Below, piece by piece: positions 1 through 13,600 of a stretch of 64,000 nucleotides of DNA; position 1 is the stretch's first letter; the number at the start of each line of letters is the position of its first letter. The notes beneath the pieces were generated by a model, which ran no database searches, was not told the origin of the DNA, and worked only from the letters and a program-made list of their open reading frames with translations. The stretch comes from Hyphochytrium catenoides (lineage: Eukaryota; Protista; Hyphochytriomycota). The translations under genes and the position numbers were made by a program. The DNA lies in assembly GCA_900088475.1 (NCBI GenBank), contig FLMG01003780.1, forward strand, positions 1 to 64,000, read 5' to 3'.

Positions 1-374
1 AGAAGATGCACGTAGTGCCTGATGATGATGCCTCTCCTCCTCTTCTTCCACTCCTCCAAGAGTGGTGGATGATCGCATTCTTCTTCTGCAGTTCTGGTTC
101 TTCAATGGTTGCACCCTCCGTAATAAGAAATAAAGCCGACGAAGAGCATCTTCGAAGGACAGGCAAAAGACAAGTAACAACCAGCAGTAGTCTTCATCTC
201 CTGCTTGTTGGCGTCCTTCCTCGCCTCCTCGTCGTCGTTCTTCAGCAGCAACCGAAAATAATAAATAATGCTCCTACTAGCTGCAGATTTTCTTCTCCTC
301 TAACTCCTCTACGACTAGAACTATGCCCTCAGCCAGCACTGTAGTCATCCTTCCTTCGTCAATATCTAGTCCTT

Positions 375-653
375 TACTCATCAGGGTACTCATAGCCTAC
401 TCATTATTTTACTCATGGCCTACTCCTCATCTTACTCATAGCCTACTCATAGGAGGGCTTTTTTAAAAAGTACTCACGATATGAGTATCTCGATCGAAAA
501 CATGTATGAGTATACTCGAGTACATTATACTCACTCATACTCATAGGGGAGGCTCTTTGAGTAACCAGTACTCATAGAACATTACAAGTACACAGAAAAG
601 CACAATACTCACTCATACTCACTCATCATGTGAGTATTGTACTCATTACTCAT
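375..653. repeat. Cluster of ~20 TACTCA(T)/(A)TGAGTA motifs in both orientations; possible transposon subterminal repeat array
   Basis: tactca(t) at ~375, 387, 398, 410, 433, 444, 471, 528, 538, 569, 606, 616, 640, 647; reverse tgagta at ~482, 507, 558, 631; palindrome tactcgagta at ~513. Confidence 0.75.
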
Positions 654-3396
654 CCGGTGTGTGGAGGATTGGCGACGAGGAGTCTGAATCTTTTTCTAAC
701 TTTTAGTCTTTAAATTTTTTGGCACAAATTCTCCAGCTGTTATTGGCCTTCATCTTCCTTATTACATGGAGACGAATTCTCCACTCAGGATCACTGCTCC
801 ATCGACCCGCTCGCACAAGTAAGAAAAACTCGACATCCTTGTTCCTTATTTACACAGCCGAGCTTCTATCTCCACACCTTTCTTCTTTGAGTGGAGGAGG
901 AGTAATAAACAATTCCTGACAATCATCATTATGAGGTTTTCTATAAGGAAGTATCGCGTGAATGAACGCCGGAGGACAATGATCGATGGTTGGTTACGTT
1001 TGCCCTCGGAGGCAATGTAGTCCATCTATCTCAATATAAGCACTTGTCTTTAGCAAATCGCTTCTTGTTGTTGTTACTGCTTGCGCAAGGGGATCTGACC
1101 ACGAAATCCTCCTCATTAACTCGTCTCCAACGCCGATTAGGCCTGTTTCTAACCCTTACCCTTGCCATCACAATGGGTGTGACTTTATTAACTTATTGTC
1201 TCAAAGAGGCGGCGGGGAAACTCCGAGAAGGGATGATGCCCTATTATCTGGGCGAGACGTGCTTCTTGTGGCCGAACAGCGGCGCAAAGTTACATGTCAT
1301 TTTAAGGTTCCCAGGGAATGACTATTCATCCTCCTCTTTGTCGCGTAGATAGCTAGAGGTCTTCTGGCATGCTGACCGCTTGCTTGAACCTGCTCTTTCG
1401 GCATATGCTTCTCGTTATTGGACAGGAAAATTTTCATTTGCGCTACCTCTTAGCTCCATTAGCTGCGGTTCGTTGCCAAGGTTGGCGTCCAACAACTGAA
1501 CAAACAGGGAGTTAAACTCCTAGCTCTATTACCAGCACACAAGAGTAGCTAGTTGATGACGCTTGATTATTAGAGGAATCCTAATCCATGGCGGAACTGA
1601 AGAAACAAGACTGCCAACTGACGAGACAGAGGCAGGAACGTAGACTGAGAGGTCGTCCTGTTAAGGTGAGGGAGGGAGGGAGATGGAGGATGCTGCTGGG
1701 CTTGTTGCGTTATGAGCTCCGAGGAGGCTGTGTGGACGCGGGCTAACGGAGAGCGTTCCATGCCTTATCGCACTTCCCAGGAAAACCTAATATTCTCAGG
1801 ATGTTCGCCGCCATGTAATCATTGAGAGCAGCAAGCAAGTGTCCTCCTCCTTCCTCTTCTTTCCGCATTTACTTCTAATCTATTATCTATCATATTGCTA
1901 TCCATCCGTCCGGCAATAATGGTCTCTTCTCCATTCTCCATCCTGAAAGTCTGTCTGCGGTTGCCTATTCAGCTCTATTCTCTTTCTCCGTCCTGTTCCT
2001 ATGAAAGGCTAATAATAATGTTTTCGTCACATTATCGACAATAATGTTCTAGGCGTGACTGTCAACAGAAAGAAGAGAGAGCGGGGAGAGAGGCTGGCAC
2101 TGAGGAAGATGATACTGTCGAGTGCTTGGTGCACCCAAAGTTGTCCACCAAGATAGAAGACGAAGGAGAGGGACCTGTAGTTGATGAGGAAGAGAGACCC
2201 TTCTTGATGAGATAAATTTTAGGGGAAGCGTGGATTATGCTAGTCGAGCGGAAGAAACTAAGAAGATAGATGTCATCGTCGAGGAGACTTCGCTGTCGGA
2301 AGCGATCAGCAAAGACTGCCTACGGGGAAAGAACTAGTCAGCTATTAGAGAATGATTATTAATTGGCATGTGGTGGGGCGGAGCGAGAAAGACATCATGA
2401 TCATGACTTGGAGCGTGTTAGAGGCAGCACAAACGGCAAAACAGCTACTCCTAGAGAGCTAGCTAGAAGAACTTAGAACACGGGAGGAGGAGCATCAAGC
2501 CAGCGAGATAGAGAATGGAAAGGGAGAGAATAAAGCATGACGGACGGAGGAGGAGGAACAAGTCGTAAAGAAAGAGGCCAGGGAACTGATAGAGCAAAGA
2601 AAGACCAAGAGTTTTGGTTTCACTGTGAGGCCTAGCTTCTTACTCTAGAGAGTGAACGGAATGCGAGAAGCGGAAACGGATGATGACCCACCAAAAATGA
2701 GAGAAGTCATAGGGGAAGAGGTAGTTAGTAGAAGACATCAGGTGCGACGCTCGGGAAGAAATGAGAAGGGAGTGTGGGGGCGAGGTCAGAGCGCAAACGA
2801 AGCGGCAGGTCCAGTTGAGGAGTTAGGGAAGAGGCTCACAGGAGAGAGCAAGAATATCAAAGCGCTTGACATGAGAAGAGGAAGAGGAAGAGCAGCACGG
2901 GGGCCTGGAACTGAAAACCAAAGGTAGAAGGACCTCTAGTGAAAGAGCTAGCTAAACAAGGCGATAATGCGATGTTATCAGCTTTCTATAAAGAAGGGCA
3001 GTCCGAAGGACAGCAGAGAAGGTCTCGAGAGCGACAGGATGGAGATCGAAGAGCGGTGACTATCACTTCGAGATGTGCGGGGAAGAGGAAAGAGCGAGAA
3101 AAGAAAAGGAAGGATGAAGAAGAAGGGAAGGAGTGACGTGACGTGACGGCGTGGCGCCTGCTGTATCTACTACTGGTGCCAGCTCCTTTGGTGCGGGTAT
3201 TGCCTTCCATTCAGCAGACTAATCAAAGCGGGAAACATAGATGTCAGACGGTATGGAAGGCCCTAGAGGCTACTTGGACGCTCTCTTTTTTTAGACGTTT
3301 GACCTCCCTGCGGCATCCAGGAAGCTATTCAGATAAGATCCTAAGAGATGGAGAAGAAGAGACGCCGTATAGCCAGCGCAATAGCGTTTATTTGAG

Positions 3397-6300
3397 TTAT
3401 CGTCTGTGACGCTTTTTTGCTTCCTCTTCTCCTGGCGATGGCCCTAGTCGGTCAAGAACGGATCGCTTTCGGCTCGATTCTCTGTCACTTACTAGCTCCA
3501 GAGACACTTGCCGGTTCTTCAACCTTTCTTTTTCCTTATCGGGTTGCGAAGACTTACTACTACTCTCCTTCTCGTGTCTCTCTCTTCTGCCAAGTCCCCT
3601 GCTACTGTCTTCCCTCTCTCTTCGATCGTCCGGACCTCGTGCGGTTGCCAGTTTAGAAGTGGACGATGGACGAGTGGGCCTTGGCTCATGGGATGAGGAA
3701 GAAGGTTTCCGCTTAAGGTCATGACTGAGTCTTTCCCGTGACCGACCGCGACGCTCTTTCTGGCTCCTACTTCCAGCTTCTTCACGCCCGGCTTCCTTGA
3801 GCACGACGCGGTCCCGTTCTCGGCTCTCTTTTCTCCGGTCTCTGCCAGAGGGCCTTTCCTTTGAGTGGTCAGTACTCAGCCTGCCAAGGTCTCGTGGGCT
3901 TCCCCGAGGTGTCCTGCCCCTTCCGTCCAAGTCAACTCCATTCTCTGTCCGCTCGCTTGTCCGTCTAGAGTCCCGGTGGCGGCCAGGAGAGCTGCTCCTC
4001 CTAGACCTCGAGCTTACTGAACTGTCTTTGTTACTGCCCTTACTCTCGTCACGTCTTCTCCCTGACCTCTCGCTCGGCCACTTTTCCCGACCTTCAGTCC
4101 TACGGCTTACCCTCACATCAGCAGAATACTCCGCGTCGTCGCCTTCTTCCACCTGTCCTGTCCACCTGTCTTCAAATTCTTCCTCGCCAAAGTCCATGGG
4201 CAAAGCGGCAAACTTGATATCAGAACCCGAAGACTGTGGCGCGCCGCCGCCCTCCTGTTCCTTTCCCGCTTCACCTCCCCGTGACATCTCTCCAGAGCCT
4301 GAGCCTTCGGGCAATGATGAAGGCTGGCCGTCTTTAGGGGCCTTCACCCTCTCTTTACTAACTCGACTGACAGTCACGGGCTCATCCCGTCGTTTGGAGC
4401 GATCTCGAGAGCCTGATCGTGATCGCGAACGGCCCCTTCCGGGTGCCCTTTGTCTTCCTCCTCTTCCTCGAAAACGCGGCGACCGCTGGCCTTGACGAAG
4501 CGGACTTCTACTTCGAGATCTTCCTCGCGTTCCAGGACGGCCCTCGTAGCCCTCTTCTCCCGTTCCCTCGCCGTCTCCTCGATCTGACTCCGAGATGGAA
4601 CCACTCCTAAAGTCCTTTTCCCGTCGCCAATCGCCTTCTCTCTCGCGCTTGCGCCCTCTAGCCAAAGCTGGTCCTGGACCGACCATTGGAGGCATCATAG
4701 GCACTCCATCAGGACCAAACATGGGAGGCGGTCCACCGAACCATGGAGGCGGAGGTCCATCAAACCAGCCACTTGGGCCTCTTGGGCCCGGTTGCATGTT
4801 AGGGCCTCCAACCCAAGGCATACCTGGCGGCGAAGGTCCCCAGTGGCCAGGCCCACGTGGACCTCTCCCTCCTCCTCTTCCTCCTCTACCTCCTCCACCT
4901 CTGTCTCTTACCGGCCCTCTCCCTCGCCCTGGCGCTCCCGGCCAATTACCTGACTGAGGCTCGAACCACCCTCGCGGCCCTGGGAAGGCGCCAGGGACAA
5001 CCGGAGGACCCCATACAGGATGCGGAGGAGCGCCTGGCGGTCCCCAAGGTCCTCTGGGGCCTGCTGGAAGCCTCGCACGCGGAGGCGGGGGAAAGGGCAT
5101 CACGCCAATACCTCCTCCTGGGCCGCGTTCAGGAGGACCTCGAAAACCATGATCCATTATCCCTTCTTCCTCCTCATGAAGAACGGATGCTTTGTCCTGG
5201 ACGGTGCCCTCTCGTACTCTTGTATCTGTCGCTTTCGAGGGTGATGCTACCTTCTTCTCAGGAGCAGGAGCCTCTTCCTTTGCTTTGACCTTCTCCCCAG
5301 ACTTTTCATCTGCCACTTCTCTATTCAAGATTTATATAGAGAGAAGACGCAGGTGCAGCAAAGTGGTTAGAAGCCAAACTCTGACCTTGTTCAATCAGTG
5401 AGACGTCGTAGTAACTTACCCTTCCTCATTGCCAATGGCGGATGCCTCATCCTTCCCTTCTTCTAGCTTCACTCCTTCAGCTTCTTCTTCTTCATCCTCT
5501 TCTTGTCCTTTGTCTGCACTGTCAAAGATATCTCCTCCAAGCTCGTCATCATCGTCGTCGTCACCTTTCTTTTTATCCCCCTTGCTTTTTCCCAGAGCAA
5601 GCACAGCATCCGCCCGGCCCTGTATCGTAGCTCTTTGATCCCTTTCGTCTCTTTGCTCCTCTTCTTTCTTCTTCTCTTTTTCCTTCAAGAGTTTCTCTGC
5701 CTCCCTTGCAATTCTTTCCTTGTCAGCTTGTTCATTGCGAGTTCGCTGCAAATAGTCCTCCACTGAGACTCGAAGCTGCTTGTTAGGAAGCAACTGTCAA
5801 GGGTGAAAGCAGAGAGAAGTTATCTTAGTTTGACGACAGTACGACTGCCCGCCACGGTGGCATGATAAAGGTCAATGCGTTAGGTCCCTTAGGACAGGGG
5901 ACACCGCCACTGAGCCGACCAGATATTTTGCGAGGACAAAGGACGACATTTGAGGTGCACTGCGCATCAGACAGCAGAAAGCCAAAGCCCCGCGCCTCAC
6001 AGACACTGCCTATCAATGAAGAAGCCGATTCCCGCATTTAGCGGAGAAAGGACTGAACTCAAGAGAAAGCGAGAATGGTCACAGAGTAAACAAACCTTAT
6101 CTGGAGATACTTCCTGAGTTCCACATAGAGGACATTGCATATTCGAGTCGATTAAGGCAGACCGGATGCACCCGTCACATGTCGACTGCTCAGATTTTTG
6201 GGACAAGACGCAGGGGGGAGAAGGGTCAGAACGCAATTATAGGGCGCAGTAAGTATGAGTCAGGCAGTCTTGGGAAAGAACAATCAGATAATGGGCCTGG

Positions 6301-9071
6301 CGCGATCTCCTGATGCAAGGGAGAGGAGCGATGGTGGAGAACGGAGAACCCAAAGACACGCAAACGAAATGTAAGCCTCTCCTATATCGTACGGCTCATA
6401 TACACATGAACAGAAAGAAACAAGGATCCTAGGGCCATGTACAAGACGGACCTCGTGACAGCAAGGCACCAAGACCGCGTCCTGTATGAGCAGTGAGCAG
6501 ATGAGGCAGGAGAGATGTGGAGGAGGATTCTTCCTGAGCTCGTCAACAGTTGCGCTTCCGCCGCCTTTCTGCACCGCTTTCTCAAAGTCTTGCGTCTTAA
6601 CCTGCCAGCAGTTCGTATGTGTCACACACATCGTGTCGCAGAGATTGAAGAGAAAGAGAGAGCCCATATCAGAACCACGTATGCAGACGCAAAAGGTAGG
6701 TACTATAGAGCCATAGAAAAGAAAACGAGGCCACGCAGCTTACCGCTACGACTGCTAAACCTCCGCCCGGAGCAGTCACAATGGTTCTGCCGTCACCTAA
6801 GCGCGCTGCCTCCTCTTCTGTCACAGTCTGCAAGAATGTTGTGGGGATACCTGTGCGTTTTCGCACCTTGTGCTAGAGGTATCATGAACAGTTAGTGAAG
6901 AAGACGCTAGCTTGGTAGCGTAGCTCTTTGACCGCGGCGATAGCGAATTTAAGCAGGTAGAGCACCAGCACGAGATGCAAGTAGGCACCCATGGCTTATC
7001 ATAAGGCCCTTGAGCAGCATGATAGAAACTCAGAGCGGCCACGCCGGTAGAGGTGTTGCTTGAAAGACTAGTACACTCTTCGCTCAGTGGACAGACGTGG
7101 CCCACTTGCGATCAAGCTCAAGGAGGCGTTGTACTCACCGTGTCATACTTTGGATCCCCGTTAGTGGGACACTGGTTAATCCAGTGCCCAGGCTGGCCGC
7201 AGCGGTGGCAGATATACCCCTCAGGCGGCGTCAAGGACGGACCTGTTCGGCCGTACATCCCACGGCCAGGGCCATAGGGACCGCGACCTGGGAAAGCCCC
7301 TCGACCGCGGCCAGGCCCATTTTGGCCCCCAGGAGCCCCTACCATTCCTGAAGGTCCTGAGCCTGCACTCCATGTCATGTTGCCACCTGGCCGTTTAAAC
7401 CTTTGGTTTCTGTGTAAGAGCAAGCGAGTGAGGACATAGTAACGGAAAAAGGAAGCGAGATGAGAGTACTGACTGCCACCTCTCGAGGGACTACTTTTGC
7501 AGCAGGAGGGGCGGCGGCGATGCGGATTTGCGGATGACACGTAAAGACATTGGACTGACCGGAACTCAGCAGCTCTATTATTGATCTCATCCAAAAGAGC
7601 AACTTCATCCACCCCATTCTCCCCCTTTGCAAGGCTTTCTTCTCCCTCTCCCAGCTGTTCCATCACGCCAACATCCTGTCCCTCAGGCATTGTGGAAGCT
7701 AAAGGAGCGCCAGGTCTCGCAGGTGAGCCTGCGGGCGTGCCCTTGGCCGTGCCCTCTTGCGCTCCTGGTCTCGAGGGACTTGAAAGCTGGGACTCACTCC
7801 TACATTGCACACAGAGATAACGTAAGCAACACATAGATATGCTGGGATATGGAGCCAAAGGTCTAGGGCGAGGAACAACATTTAGCGTTAACGCTGAACA
7901 ATCCAAAGATGCAACGCATCGGGCGTGAGGACAGCATCAAGGGTTAGGATGTCGAGCAAAAGTTTAACCCTACTTGAGGCCCTGGCTTTGCTGGCCGATT
8001 TGAACGGTAGGCACTGCGTTCTGGTACTCCTGCTTCATGCGGGCGAGCAACCCCGTCTTAGCCACCGGCACTCTCTTCACTAGAACGCTTGTGTTCTTAG
8101 GGAGTAAGAAGTTCTCGTCCTCATAGGCTAAGAGACGGGTAGGGACCATGGACAAAGGGCACAAAGAAAGTGGTGAGAGGCAAGTGAGCCACGATGAAGC
8201 AAACTAACAATGAAGGGATATAGCATGGGCGTAAGAGCGCTAGACGGCAGCCGTTCCTCATGACAGAGTGCGCAGTCGTGCAGCTTATAGTGATGTGAAG
8301 CGAGGAAGTGTGATATCTCTTTCAAGAGAGCCGATGAGACAGTCCAAGGACTGTCCAATCGTTCTTCCTTCTTCACAATAGAGAGCTAAGGCTTCACGCT
8401 GCTAGGGCAGTCTTCCCGAAAGAAGTGAATGACGAGAAGCGCAAACTTTTCGCCTGTATAGGCTGCGCCAGCACTCGCCCCATCAGCTGATTTAACGCTC
8501 GCCGACCAGACTAAGGTACCGCCCCGTAGATACAGAGACAAGCAAAGAGGCAGCAAGAGTACTGCGGGAGGGGCAAGCTGAAGAACCAGCATCAACCTCG
8601 AGCAGGTCAAAGAAAGGTAAACAAAAAGAGCAACAATGACCCAGAGGACACTTCTTGAAGAGAAAAGATATCTGCACGGTCCAGCCAGCAATGAATTTCC
8701 ATTTTGTTAGGAAGGCCAAAAGGTAAACGCGAGTCAACAGATGTGTGCTCTCTACGTTCAATTAAACACTTTTCTCTCGTCTGGAAGTGACAATGAATCA
8801 ACAGACATGAAATGGACATCTTCAGGCTCCACTCAGGTTCCGTGAGATTGGCAGCTCCGTCTAGCGCTCTGAAGGTCTCGGTAATGAGGGCAGGAATGAA
8901 GTTACCTTGACCGGTCTGGGCGTCAGTGATCACCAGATCGAAATCCAGTCCTTTGTTTAGCTGCTTCTTCTCGACAATAGCCTTCTTTAGGTCATAGACC
9001 TTGATGGCGGTGCCGCCAAATGTGACGGTGTCATAGCTCTTTGCGCTCTTGAACTTAAAATGAACTGACAT
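3397..9071 (-). CDS. RBBP6: RBBP6/Mpe1-like E3 ligase and 3'-end processing factor (DWNN, CCHC zinc knuckle, RING, Pro/Gly-rich and RS-rich tail); 9 exons
   Basis: DWNN MSVHFKFKSAKSYDTVTF...LLPKNTSVLVKRVP; knuckle YICHRCGQPGHWINQCPTNGD; RKRTGIP; RING CLIC..VPCCHE|STCDGC..CPLC. Frame-consistent exons 9071-8906, 8127-7974, 7799-7560, 7409-7139, ~6866-6744, 6601-6452, 6185-6096, 5793-5420, 5320-3397. Confidence 0.95.
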
Positions 9072-9408
9072 CTTGCACGTAGAACCTCCAAAAGGCGAGC
9101 GAAGTGCAGGTGGCCGTTCCGGACGTGAGTTGACGAAAGAGCTCTGCAATGTGATCTAAAGATCGGCACCCTCTTCACCTCTCACTCTGGCGCCATCTCC
9201 CTCACAGACAGAAGAGTAGTTTCAAAGACAGAGCTAGTTGAATGACAGCCCCTACGCCTTTGGATTGCGTTCTACAACCAGCGATCCTCCCTATAAATAA
9301 AGGGCAGATAAAGGTGATCTCGCGCTTTGAGAGATTCTGAGCTGGCGCGGAATGGCGGCGAGGGTGTGGGTGAGATGCGGCTGAGATTGCAGTTTCCCTG
9401 ACAAGGGG

Positions 9409-9427
9409 AGAGAGAGAGAGAAAGAGA

Positions 9428-9480
<53 letters not shown>

Positions 9481-9690
9481 GAAGAGAGAGAGAGAAGAGA
9501 AAGAGAGAGAGAGAGAGAAAGAGGCAGAGAGAGAGAGAGAAAGAGAGAGAGGAAGAGAGAAAGGCAGAGAGAGGGGAAGAGAGAGAGAGACACAAGAGAC
9601 CGGGAGAGAGAGAGAAAGAAACGCGCCAAGAGAGCAAAAGACAGAGAAAGAGAGAGAAGACGGGGAGGGAGCAAGAGAGGGGAATCAAAC
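9409..9690. repeat. Compound (GA)n/purine-rich microsatellite upstream of RBBP6
   Basis: Long AG dinucleotide runs with interruptions; explains the spurious ER/LS ORFs. Confidence 0.95.
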
Positions 9691-10619
9691 AGGAGAGAGT
9701 TACGAGACAGAGGTCTCACTCCCCAACACATCCACCACAAACCTACTCCTTGCACTACCCACCCGGCCCCTTCATCTGAGACGGAGAACATTAGAACCAC
9801 CTCTTGCCCTACCCACCCTCAAGAGTCAGAAGGCGGATCTCCCCTTCACAGCTGCTCAGGTTGGCAACTCCGAGTTTTCGCTACTGACAATGTTTTGCCA
9901 AGTCACGTCTCGATAACTAATTCCTGATTCTCAATGCTATTGATTCTATTTTGAGCTGTCAATAATGATCTGGAGCTTCAGGAGATCGTCCGCAGTTCAG
10001 CATCGGCCATCAGATCCGCATTCTCTTCTGATGGTCTGCTGGCGCGCAGGAGCCGTCCAGGTGCTAGACACGTAAGCACCCTCCTGAGTGGTAGGTAAAC
10101 CTGAGGAAAAGCAGATTTCACCTAGTACTGCTGTTGATGAGCATCAACATCTACGCGGAATGACGGAGGATCCAATGTTTTCGTACCAATCGTAAGATGT
10201 GTTTTTGTTGTTGCTTAGGTGTGCGTCCTGGTCTAATGATCATCATACGCCCATTCAGGACGGTCTCTCTGTACTTGCCATCAGCGCAGTTTGCTACTAT
10301 AATAAAGAACACCTTATCGGTTGACCAAGAGCTGCAACCCGACAAGTGCAGAAGGAGTTTTCGTCAGAGTGATTCAAGGCTAGAAGTGTAAGTGACCCCT
10401 TATCCTGCCCGCAATCATTCGACTTACCAGGCCCTTGAGCTATAAGAACTCATACCCTCCTTTGCAGGACATTTGAAAGTACAGAGCTGAAGTTATTACG
10501 AGCTAGTGTGTCGTCATTCTATGATATGCTGACTGTGACGGCCGAGACGTTGATGCAGTTCGGACCCTAACAGGTCATGGTCTGCGCTGTTCCATACAAA
10601 TATTATGCTGTACACTATG

Positions 10620-13600
10620 TTATTCGACTTCCTCAACCATCAAAAGGGTTTTCGGTGACATGCCACTTTTCAATGTCCAGAGACTCAGTTGCTTCAAAAC
10701 GGCGATAGCGGGAACATTTTCGTCATCCTTGGCATCTCCTCTGGCCCCATGCTGCATGAGGAGCTCAATGCCCCGACAGAGCAACTCTCCGCGAACTTGA
10801 CCACACTTGTCCTGGTCTTCTTCACCCTCATACTTTACGCCCTGTAAAGCTGCCGTGTGAAGTGCGGTCCTTCCCATGCTATCCCGCTTGTCTGCATGCG
10901 CACCGGCGGCTAAAAGAAGCTCTAGAATGTTGAGGTCTTCTGGCAACATCAGTCGTGCTGCTAGGTGCAAGGGAGTCTCTATGAGGTTGTGGGTCCTCTT
11001 GCGGGATACTCTGCGAGGAGGGATTGGACAGTTTGCCACAGCTCCTCGAGCAAGAAGAACTCGTACTGCTGCTACGTGACGGTTGAGAGTGGCCCAATGA
11101 AGCGGTGTCCGCTGCCATTTATCTCGGGCGTCGAGCTTGGCGCCTTCCAACACCAACAGTTCAATGCACTGAAGACTAAAATAATCAGGGCAGGGAGGGT
11201 CAAACAGCCGTCAGGATATGCTGGGAAGAGCTATTTAGGAGATGGGAACATAGTGATAACGGACCAAAGTGAGTGCGGAAGAACGAAACATAAAAGGAGG
11301 AAGAAGAGCTGCCGGAACGACAAAGGGTGTCCCGAGCATTTCATAGAATAGAACCCAAGGAAGCTGCTATTCACGTTCAAAGAGGAAGAGAGAGAATGCC
11401 TAACGTCCGCCGTTACCTTCCCGCTCTCGCCGCACAATGTAGTGCCGTTTGTCTGTTATGATCACAGGCAATAACAAGCACATTCTTCCGACTTTCGTCC
11501 TTGTTTCTTGTGGTGGTTCTAATGCTCCGTGCTGCCCTCAAGAGAACACTTAAAGAAGAAGCATCACCAGCCCCCGCAGCTAGGTGGGCAGCCGTCTGGC
11601 CCGCTTTGTTCACGACTGTTACCTGGCTGCCTGCCTTAAGTAACATAGACACAACGTCCGAGTGTCCATGTGCAGCAGCCGCATGCAAAGGTGTCGTCCC
11701 TCGCTTATGTCGAGTTACTCCGGCGTCAGAAGACAAGCCCGTACGGAGCATGCAGTCTACCAAGGCCGAATCGCCCTGTGCAGCAGCTTTAATCAATTCA
11801 GAATTCAAAGTGAGTTCAAGGGATGAGGAAGTGGTCTCATCCTCCATTAAATCTGGTGGGAAAACATGTTCTTCTGCAGTGGTCGGGACCCCTTGGCTTA
11901 GTCTTTCCCCCATCTTAGGGGCAGAAATCCTGGTTTGATGGGGCTCGTCAGAATCCTCGACCCGCTCCCAGGAGTGTCCTACGTGGTTCTCGGGTGAGCC
12001 CAATTCAGCTCTAGAGAGCAGCAAGATTGTCAAATAAAGCAGGCACTTTAGACGTCAGGACCACATCCATAAATTAACTTAGTTCGGGAAGGTAAGGCGA
12101 TAGGGGAGACACTATTCAAACTCACCACGGGGAGCGCCAGGATGACAGGCTTGCTGGGGAAACAAGCTTTCTTCCGTGTAAGGGGATATTCGGTTGCAAA
12201 AATCTCGTAGCACACTGAACCTCATGAGGAGAGGAGGAAGGAGCTGCTTCAAGAGCATCTGCTCCCTCTCCGTGTACTGAGGGCGGCTGCCCTCGCTGCC
12301 AAAGATTGGCAGGTTGAGCACTTTTCTGACACCATTTATGGTTCGCAGCGCCGCTAAACTGTCACCACCGAGCACAAAGAAATCATCGGCAGCAGTGGGA
12401 GAGAACTGCAAACCAAGGATGTCCTTCCATACTTCACTAACTGCCAACTCTAAGGCTGAGTTCGAAGGAAGAAGCTCTTCTGTCTCTTGCCCCAGCGAGT
12501 CTGGAGCCTCGTGGGACCTAAGACTGAGCTGTGCGTGGTGGTTAGATAAGCTGGTCCTGTCCACCTTTCCACTGCTTGTCTTAGGAAGCTCTTGCAAGAT
12601 ATAGACGCGGCGAGGAAGAGCATAACTAGGAAGAAAACGTGTGCACCACGATGTGATGAGGGCCTGTAAGGCAGATCGCGAACTTCCAACAACAGCGGGC
12701 ATGACTTCTACAAACGCCACCAAATGTTGTCCTTCACTCTCTGTGCGTGGTGCTATCTCAGCTTTCTCTTCTCCTCTAGTGGATTCATGAGTATTTCTGA
12801 GTACGACAGCCGCAAGCTTCACTGCGGGGCTTTCACCGACGACTGTTTCCACTTCATCCAGTTCCAGTCGAACACCATTCACCTTGACCTGGCGATCGCG
12901 TCGTCCTAAGAACTCCAAGCATCCGTCTGCTCGCCACCGCCCTATATCTCCCGTCCTGTACGCAGGCTGGGCATTGACAGGGTAGTGCAACGGTTGGCCC
13001 AGGTCCGGAGGTGGACAGGAAGTAACAAACATCTGATTTGTAAGCTCCGGGCGGTTGAGATATCCCAGGGCCACTTGGGGCCCTACGATCAGTATCTCAC
13101 CCTCTTTCCCTTGGTGCTCATCGCTTGCCCTTGGTATAACCTCGAGCTCCTCATCAACTAGGAAGATTTGCGCAGAGTCCATAGGCTTGCCAACACAACG
13201 TGGCGACATCCCTGGAAAGCAACGGGCATCAGTCTGATAGACCGTAGCCTAAGGAAGCAATATGTAGACATGAGGTGGATCCATTCAACTAAGATTTTTA
13301 ACGGCGTGCATACGGACGTCCAAAGAAGGTAGGAAGAGAAAACTAAGCGTGGCAGCCAAAAACGGCGCACAAGGCACTAAAGAGCGAGAAAAGACGCGAG
13401 AAGAGAGCGATCAAGCTTTGTGAATGCCCGCAAAGAAACAAGACGGGGAAAGTCGCGCAGTAGATCTCACCTCTGTGACTCCATAGGTGTTGATCAGCTG
13501 GACCACACCTGACAGCTCATCCAGAAGACTCTGAGTCATAGGCTCTCCACCCATGACCACAGTCTTTAATGCAGGAAGCAACTGCGGGATCTCCCGCAAG

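Noticed and set aside
375-653. CRISPR array or telomeric repeat
   Set aside because: Unit is only 6-7 bp with irregular spacing and mixed orientation; eukaryotic context with no cas genes
3417-5766. Many plus-strand ORFs up to 232 aa
   Set aside because: Antisense shadows of the low-complexity RBBP6 exons
9272-9800. ORFs rich in ER or LS repeats (also at 19474-22092 and 26823-27445)
   Set aside because: These are translations of GA/CT microsatellites
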